From: an uncultured delta proteobacterium
GTDB taxonomy: Bacteria; Myxococcota_A; Polyangia; Haliangiales; Haliangiaceae
NCBI GenBank assembly: GCA_963848295.1
Contig: CAWKDB010000002.1
Location: forward strand, 896,001 to 960,000
Length of the DNA stretch: 64,000 nt
Direction of reading: 5' to 3'
The translations under genes and the position numbers were made by a program. Positions 54,616 through 64,000 of the stretch are shown piece after piece. Numbering within the stretch: the stretch's first letter is position 1; every line of letters begins with the position of its first letter. The notes below the pieces were generated by a model. It did no database searches. It saw only the letters and a list, made by a program, of their open reading frames with translations, and was not told the origin of the DNA.

Positions 54616-55586
54616 TGGGTCCCCGTGCTGACGGACTTCACCGGCGTGGCCGTCTTTGTTGCAGCGCCCGAGCCGCTCGATCCCGAGCCCGAGCCATCGC
54701 CGATGTCGACCGCGCCGAGGCCGTTGATCACCTGGTCCATCGCCGCCGGATCGGTGAAGAACGCGACGACCTTCATGTTGCGATCGCTACCGAGCACCTT
54801 CCACGCGACGACGAGCGTCACCTTGCGGACGGTGACCTTCAGGATCTGCTGGAACATCTGGTACTGAGCCTGGATCAGCGCGCCGCCCTGCGCGCCGAGG
54901 ATGTTGCCCGAGCCGCCGCCACCGCCGTCGCCGCCACCCATCATGCCGAACACGCCGCCGAGCGCACTGTTCTGGAACTGGGTGAGCGCATCGCCCGAGC
55001 CGAGCGCCGAGCCAAACGCGTTGCTACCGAGCGCGCCGTAGTTGCTGCCGAACGCGCTGCCAAACGGGCTGTCGCTTCCAAACAACGCGCTGCCGCTGCC
55101 GAGGCTGCCGGTGCCGTAGGTCGTCGTCGAGAACGCGCTGCCGCCGTGACCCGAGCCCGAGCCGGCCGCCGAGCCCATCTTCTGCAGCGTGTCGAAGTCC
55201 GGCATCTCGACCTGCTGGACCTTGTAGGCGTAGTAGATCGTCGGCCAGCCCTCTTGCTCGAACGGCTTGAGATCCATCTGCGACTGGTCGGTGTCGGTGA
55301 ACCCGTCCTTCATCAGGAGCTCTTCGATGTCGTACATCTTGCCGCGCGCGAGATCGGTCGCGATGCCCATCATGTGGGACTCTTCCGACGTGTGGATGCT
55401 GCCCGCGGCGCTGCGGATCAACACGACGAGCGCGATGCCGAGCAGCGCGAGCCCGAGCATCACTTCGAGCAGCGTGAACCCCCGGACTTGCGGTTTCCGG
55501 CCCCGTTCCGGGGGCCCCTCGCTGTAAGGACTCGGCCGTCCTTGCTTCGCCGGACAGCCGATCGATCTATGCAGCTCGGGGCTCAC
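54612..55586 (-). CDS. gspI: Type II secretion minor pseudopilin I, with long leader and Gly/Ser-rich insertion
   Basis: G-FTLLEV; 'ATDLARGKMYDIEE', 'VRKVTLVVAW'; GTG overlaps the gspH stop; exact start uncertain. Confidence 0.82.
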   Translation of the reverse strand: MSPELHRSIGCPAKQGRPSPYSEGPPERGRKPQVRGFTLLEVMLGLALLGIALVVLIRSAAGSIHTSEESHMMGIATDLARGKMYDIEELLMKDGFTDTDQSQMDLKPFEQEGWPTIYYAYKVQQVEMPDFDTLQKMGSAAGSGSGHGGSAFSTTTYGTGSLGSGSALFGSDSPFGSAFGSNYGALGSNAFGSALGSGDALTQFQNSALGGVFGMMGGGDGGGGGSGNILGAQGGALIQAQYQMFQQILKVTVRKVTLVVAWKVLGSDRNMKVVAFFTDPAAMDQVINGLGAVDIGDGSGSGSSGSGAATKTATPVKSVSTGTH

Positions 55587-56377
55587 TGCTGATCCTCGCG
55601 CTTGACGGTGTCCTTCTCGCCCATCGCGTTGCGCATCATGTGGTCGTTGACGTCTTTGAGCGGCGTGTCGCGCAGCTCGATCCGGCCGGTCAACCCGTAG
55701 TCGAGCACGGTGAAGATGTCGCCGCCGTCGGTCAGCTCGATCACGGCCTTCTCCGACGTACCGTCCGGGAAGAAGTACACCGCGACCTGGCCCTTCGTGA
55801 CGCTGTCGTCGCGGTGCTGGACCCAGATCTCCTTGAACTTGATCCCCTTCTTCGAGGTCAGCGTGCGCAGCCACGGATTCTTGACGCTCTCGCCGGTGTG
55901 CTCGGCCATGAACGTCGTGCCGGTGACCGCGTCTTGCACCGGGCCGCACAACCGGTCCGCGATGTGCGCGCCGGCGAGCGCCATGATGCGCTTCGCGGCC
56001 TCGTCGGGATCCCCGGCGCCGAACGCGTCGGCGGGTACGCCGAGCAAGCGATCCTTGCCGCGGGCGATCGCGCGCTCTTTCGCATCGGCGTCGGGTCGGA
56101 CCGCTTCGTTGCGCTTGATCTCGGCGGAGCCTTGGCACGCCTCGACGACGTACACGCCCTTATCGAGATCCATGAGCACGCGGTGCATCTGGCCGTGCTC
56201 GACCGCGAGCGAGCTCGCACGCTTCATCATCGCGGAGAGCGACATCGAGTCTTCGACGAGGTCGGCCTTGGTCAGCGCGCGAAAGCCCGTGCGCACGAGG
56301 GACGCCGAGAGACCCACGATCGCCAGGACGATCATGATCTCGAGCAGCGTCATCCCTCTGTGCGCGCGACGGGACAT
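55583..56377 (-). CDS. gspH: Type II secretion minor pseudopilin H
   Basis: G-MTLLEI; 'VYFFPDGTSEKAVIEL', 'GLTGR'. Confidence 0.85.
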   Translation of the reverse strand: MSRRAHRGMTLLEIMIVLAIVGLSASLVRTGFRALTKADLVEDSMSLSAMMKRASSLAVEHGQMHRVLMDLDKGVYVVEACQGSAEIKRNEAVRPDADAKERAIARGKDRLLGVPADAFGAGDPDEAAKRIMALAGAHIADRLCGPVQDAVTGTTFMAEHTGESVKNPWLRTLTSKKGIKFKEIWVQHRDDSVTKGQVAVYFFPDGTSEKAVIELTDGGDIFTVLDYGLTGRIELRDTPLKDVNDHMMRNAMGEKDTVKREDQQ

Positions 56378-56379
56378 GG

Positions 56380-56830
56380 CTAGCGCTTTTGGTTCGAGTC
56401 GTCCCAGGACTTGATGTCGTCGTCGGTGCCCTCTTTACCGTCCTCGCCATCCGACATGATGGCGATGTGCTGCGCACCCGGCGGCAGGGTCTGGCCGCAC
56501 ATCATCTTGTACGGGTGGCCCCACGGGTCCTTGATGTCCTTGCTGTTCATGTACTCGTTGAGGTCGCTGCAGCTGATCGGGGCAGCCCTTGTCGCTGTGC
56601 TGCATCGACCACTGGACGAACGCCTCGTCGGCATACTTGTGGACCGCCATGTTCGCGATCTTGACCTTCGAGTCGGCGAACAGCGCCATGACCTTCGGAC
56701 CGACGAGCAAGCCCATGACGAGCGCCAAGATCGCGAGCACGATCATGATCTCGAGCAGGGTCATGCCTCGGCGAAGGCGAGTGGCCTGGCGAGCGCGACG
56801 AGAGCGGAGGGATTCGAGGATGCGCAGCAT
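56380..56830 (-). CDS. gspG: Type II secretion major pseudopilin G; +1 frameshift near 56569
   Basis: G-MTLLEIMIVLAIL; the other frame continues 'KDPWGHPY...SDGEDGKEGTDDDIKSW'. Confidence 0.9.
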
Positions 56831-56851
56831 TGTTGTCTCCTTCGTAACGAC

Positions 56852-58114
56852 TTACTTCGGGCCGGTCAGCGAACCGAGATCCATGATGGGTTGGAGGATC
56901 GAGAACACGATGAAGGCGACCGCGCCGCCCATGAACACGAGCATCAGCGGCTCGAGCAGCGCGGTCAGCCGCGACAGCTTGGTATCGATTTCCGACTCGT
57001 AGGTCGTCGCGACGCGCTCGAGCATCTGCTCGAGCTGACCGGCGCGCTCGCCGACCGCGACCATGTGGATCATCGTCGCGGGGAACTGGCCCGACTTCTT
57101 GAGCGTGCTCGCGAGCGAGTCGCCTTCGGTCACCGCTCGCTTCGCATCTTCGACCGCGCGTTGGATCATCACGTTGCCGACGATCTGCTTCGCGGTGTCG
57201 AGCGCGCGCAGCATCGGCACGCCGGACTTCAACATCGTGCCGAGCGTGCGCGCGAACCGGCTGACGTTGATCGTGCGAACGAGCTCGCCGACGACCGGCA
57301 GCCGCAACACGAAGCGGTGCCACGGCGGCCTGCCCTCTTTCGAACGCGACCACCTCGCGAACCCGAACCCGCCGAGGCCGGCCACGATCAGGATCCACAA
57401 CCAATAGCTTCCGATGAACGCCGACGTCGCGATCAACATCCGCGTGTTGACCGGCAAGGTCTTGCCTTCCTGCGTGAACATCGACGTGATGTTCGGGATG
57501 ACCTTGACCATCAGCACGCCCATGATGCCGGCGCCGACGACGAGCATGACGAGCGGATAGATCATCGCGCCCTGGACCTTCGACTTGAGCTTCTGACTGC
57601 CCTCGAGGAAGTCGGCGAGCCGGGTCAGGACCTCGTCGAGGTTACCGGCGACCTCGCCGGCGCGAACCATCGACACGAACAGCTCGTCGAACAACTTCGG
57701 ATGGCGCGCGAGCGCATCAGCGAGCGAGCTACCTTCGTTGACCATCGCTCGGACCTCAGACACCGGCGTCTTGAACCGAGGGTTCGTGATCTGTTCGACG
57801 AGGGCGCCGAGCGCCTCTGCGAGCGGGATCCCCGAGCGCAACAACGTCGACATCTGGCGCGTGAACGCCGCGATCTCGACCTTCTTGACGCCGCCGAACA
57901 ACCCGCCGAGGTCGACGTCACGGCCGAGGCCGCCCTTGGTCTTGGCGCCTCTCGCCGCGGTCGGCGCTTTGCCGCCCTTCGTCAGCTCGAAGCTCGTGAC
58001 GAGCACGCCGTCTTTGCGCAGCAGCTGGCGGAGCAGCTTCGGCGATTCGGCGTCGCGCATACCGTTGACCGACTTGCCGGTCTGGGCCACGCCCTTGTAC
58101 GCGTACATCGGCAC
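56852..58114 (-). CDS. gspF: Type II secretion inner-membrane platform protein F
   Basis: 'FTRQMSTLLRSGIPL', 'MVRAGEVAGNL..VL.RLAD', 'MIYP', 'GERAGQLEQML', 'LLEP'. Confidence 0.95.
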   Translation of the reverse strand: MPMYAYKGVAQTGKSVNGMRDAESPKLLRQLLRKDGVLVTSFELTKGGKAPTAARGAKTKGGLGRDVDLGGLFGGVKKVEIAAFTRQMSTLLRSGIPLAEALGALVEQITNPRFKTPVSEVRAMVNEGSSLADALARHPKLFDELFVSMVRAGEVAGNLDEVLTRLADFLEGSQKLKSKVQGAMIYPLVMLVVGAGIMGVLMVKVIPNITSMFTQEGKTLPVNTRMLIATSAFIGSYWLWILIVAGLGGFGFARWSRSKEGRPPWHRFVLRLPVVGELVRTINVSRFARTLGTMLKSGVPMLRALDTAKQIVGNVMIQRAVEDAKRAVTEGDSLASTLKKSGQFPATMIHMVAVGERAGQLEQMLERVATTYESEIDTKLSRLTALLEPLMLVFMGGAVAFIVFSILQPIMDLGSLTGPK

Positions 58115-58116
58115 GA

Positions 58117-59937
<1,821 letters not shown>

Positions 59938-59938
<1 letters not shown>

Positions 59939-62349
59939 TACCTACCTCCCGGTCTGACCGGCGCCGGTCCACTCGTACCGTCGCCGTGGCCCGACTCCTC
60001 GGGCGCTTCGATCGTCGTCGGCGAGTATTCGACCGGGCCCGGCGCCACGTGCTGGCGCTTGCCGACCGCCTTCAGCTGCTCCTCGTCCTCTTCGACCGAC
60101 TCGACGGCGCGATTGATCTCCTCGACCAGGCCACGCTTGCGGCGGTAGTCGAGCTTCGGCTCGTACTTCGCCTCGTTGAGGTTTGCGAATGATGCGGTGA
60201 ATTCCCGGTATTCGCGCATCTTGCGCTCGCGGATCTGCTCGAGGTCGAGCTGGTCTTTGATGATGTATGGCGTGAGCAGGATCAGGAGGTTCGTCTTCTT
60301 CTTCGACTTCGTCGTGTACTTGAAGAGATACCCGAGCAGCGGGATGTCGCCAAGCAACGGCACCTTCGTCACGTTGAACACGTCGTGCTCTTGGATCAGG
60401 CCGCCGATCACGACGGTCTGCTGGTCATGCACGACTGCTTGGGTCTTCAAGTTGCGCTCGGTCCACGTCGGGCCGAGCACCGGATCCTTGTCGCCGATGT
60501 CTTTGGTCTCTTGCTCGATCTCGAGACGAACCGAGTCGTTGCTCGAGATGTGCGGCGTGATCTTCAATGACAGATCGAGCTTCTCGCGCTGGATGTTCTG
60601 GCCGATCGAGCCGACCGGAGCGCTCGTGCCGCCGGTGGCCCCCGACGCGGGCAAGCCCACACCGCCGAACGACAGGCCGGCCTGATACGGGATGTTGTTG
60701 CCGACCGAGAACTCGGCCTTCTCGTTGTCGATCGCGATGACATTCGGCGTCGACAGGATGTTCGTGTTGGCCTGCGTCGCGAGCGCCTGGAACAGCACGC
60801 CGTACGACGGGATGCTCGTGCCGAGAAACGTCTGCGAGTTCGTCAGCGGCGAGCCGACGAGGCCGCCGATCAAGCCGGTGAGCGACGCGAGCGATGCGAC
60901 GTTGAGCGAGCTGAGCGATGGCGTCTGCACGCCGCCGAGGACGAGCGCGCTGCCGTTATCGACCGGCAAGCCGCCGTGCGAGCTGGTGCCGACGTCGAGC
61001 TCTTTGTTGAGCGTGACCTCGAAGATCGTCGCCTCGATGAAGATCTGGCGGCGCGGCTGGTCGAGCTGACGGATCACATCCTTGACCGCGAGAAAGTCGC
61101 GCCCGCTCGAGATCACGATGATCGAGTTCGTCGGATCGTCGTTGACGACACGGACGACACCCTCGAGCGAATCGCCGAGGCTCGCGTTCGCGCCGCCCGG
61201 GGGCTGCGAAGGAGGCGGCGGTTGGCCGGCCGCACCCGGCTGTCCTGGGCGACCCGCGGTGCCATTGCGGTTCTGGTTCTGGCCCTGCAGGGCGTTGTTG
61301 AGCGTGGTCGCGAGATCCTTCGCGAGGGCGTTCTCGAGCGTGAACACGTGGATCGCCGCGCCACCCTGGGTGTCGAGCGAGATGTCGAGGCGATCGACGA
61401 GCGCCTTGACCCGCTCGTAACCGGCGAGGCTCGACACGACGATCAACGTGCTCGATCGCTCGTCGACCAGGATCTTCGACGGCGTCGCGGCGTTGAGCTC
61501 CTCGCTCGTCGCGCTTGGATTCGCGGGCGCGTTCGGCATACGCCCTCGGCCGACCGGGGCACCTGCGCCTGGAGCCGCGGTGATCCCGAGGATCTCGTTG
61601 ATCTTCGTCGCGAGCTGCGTCGCGTCCGCGTACTGCACCGGGATCGTGTAGATGCCCTCGTTATTGCCGGGCACATCGATGGTCTTGGCCAGCGTCAGCA
61701 TGTCGCGGACCTGGCTCGAGTAGTCGGTGATGATCAGCATGCTGCCCGCGGCGACCACGCTGCCCGCCGGCGAGCGCATCGCGTCCATCGCTTGGCGCAG
61801 CGTCTCGATCTGCGTATATGACGGACGCAACACGTAGCGCACCATCTGATCTTCGTCGGCTGGAATGCCGTGCCTCTCGAACGGAAGCGTCTCGCTCTTC
61901 GCCGTGGCCGATTCGACGATGCGCAGGACGTTACCCTTCGGCACGACGGTGAGCCCCATCGTCGACAGCGCGACGAGGAACAGCCGATACGCTTCGGGAG
62001 CGCTCATCGGCAACGGCGCCATCACGCTGACCTTCTTGCCGGTCGCGACGATGCGCGGATCGAGGATGAAGTTCTTGCACGTGAACCCCATCACCCACGG
62101 GATCAGATCCTTGAGCTCGGTCTCGGGCTTGAACGAAACCGTGACCATGCCCGTGCGGTGCTTGCAGCTATACAGCGCGGCGTCTTCACCGGGCACGTCC
62201 TTCTTGTCGCCCGCTTTGTCGTCCCTCTTGTCGGCCGCGGCGGATGCGGGCTGCGCGAACGCGCGGGTCGGCAGCACGAGCTGGCACGCGAGAGTCAGCG
62301 CCAGCGCGACGCGTCCGAAGTGAAGTGGAAGTGGCGAAATGGAAGGCAT
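59938..62349 (-). CDS. gspD: Type II secretion secretin D
   Basis: N0-N3 domains, 'LDQPRRQIFIEATIFEV', 'ILSTP', 'KVPLLGDIPLLGYLF...KTNLLILLTPYII'. Confidence 0.96.
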
Positions 62350-62373
62350 GTGGCTCCGGGCGCGTGTCTTAAG

Positions 62374-63284
62374 TCAGTGAATCGTGTACTTGATGACGAG
62401 CGGCTTGCCCTTGCGGGTCAAGTCGACTTCGAGCGAGGTCGCGTCTTTGAGCTTCGCGTAGACCTCGAGGCCCTTATCGAGCGACGTGAGCTCGAAGCCG
62501 TTGATCGACTCGAGCGTGTCGCCGTTGATGAGGCCGAGCTTGCCGTAGATCGAGTCCGGGCGAATCGAGTAGAGCTTGAACCCGTCGGGCTTGCCGTCCT
62601 TTCGCGCCGGCACGACGCGCGCGCCTCTGACCGCGACCATCGGGTTGCCGAGGATCTTGTCGACGAGCGCCTTGTCGATCTCGTAGTTGTTGTCGTCGAT
62701 CTTTTTGATCCCGTTGTCGATCGCCGTCTTGATGTCGTCCTTGTCGGTGACGGCCGGCTTCTCGGCCTCCGCGACCACCGGTGGTGCGACACCGGCGAGC
62801 ATGAGCCGCTCGAGCCGGTTGTTGTTCTCGAAGTCGATCGACTTGTAGTGGATCTCCTTGACCGCGCCGGTCGCGCCGGGGATCGGATCGCCGACCGCGT
62901 ACGCGCCCTGCTTCTGGTTTTCGGTGTTGATGACGGTGGCGTACGAGTCGTCCTCGCTGACCCCGACGTTCGTCGCCAGCAGCACGAGCGGCAGGGTCGT
63001 GATCGGGATCTCCGACGGGTCGGTCTTGGCCTCGAGGTCGACCGGCGGGGCGCAGTCCGAGCAAAACATGTCGCGCTCGACGAACGGTGTGCCGTCCTTG
63101 ACGTGCACGGCCTTGACCGGCGCGGCGGCGGTGGGCGCGACGATCGTGATCCTCGGTGCGTGATCGGCATCGCGGAGGTACTTCCCCTCGACGATGTGGC
63201 CGGTCATCATCGCGGCGAACACCATGCACGTCATCACGACCGGCACCCCGAGCACCCAGAAGTAGCGTTTGATCAGGTCTTGCA

Positions 63285-63285
<1 letters not shown>
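62374..63285 (-). CDS. gspC: Type II secretion system protein C
   Basis: N-terminal TM, HR domain, PDZ 'ARVVP...GFKLYSIRPDSIYGKLGL.NGD'. Confidence 0.9.

Positions 63286-64000
<715 letters not shown>

Overview
High-GC (visually about 70%) bacterial DNA. Gene content points to Myxococcota (Ser/Thr kinase plus TPR modules, FHA proteins, myxobacterial-type gsp cluster); Haliangiales/Kofleriaceae is a guess. Four blocks: (1) 1-4 kb, a PP2C phosphatase, a Gly-rich lipoprotein, a TPR protein and a Ser/Thr kinase. (2) About 4.1-37.5 kb, a mostly minus-strand, tightly coupled extracellular-contractile-injection-system (eCIS)-like locus. It encodes a DUF4255 cap, two sheaths, a tandem-domain tube and a normal tube, chaperone plus DUF6760 with a candidate -1 frameshift site, an Afp7-like protein, a gp27 hub, two gp5 spikes, gp25, a gpJ baseplate, a PASTA-fused gpI wedge and a putative fibre. 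These run directly into four FHA proteins (two membrane-anchored), a Ycf46-type AAA+ ATPase with DUF1257/DUF2997, DUF4157, pentapeptide and TPR genes. No capsid, terminase, integrase, PAAR or T6SS membrane-complex genes were seen. (3) 37.6-48.9 kb, housekeeping and accessory genes (ferredoxin, PilZ, SprT-like, aspS, KirBac channel, active plus dead HtrA pair with a LuxR regulator, Atl, moaD/moaE, kinase) and a 302-bp inverted-repeat element. (4) 49-64 kb, a complete type II secretion operon gspC-N downstream of a sigma-54 activator. Seven genes sites carry single-base frameshifts that are most likely sequencing errors. The most novel candidate is the eCIS variant coupled to an FHA/membrane-anchor/Ycf46 module. 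All domain calls come from motif recognition by eye, not from database searches.
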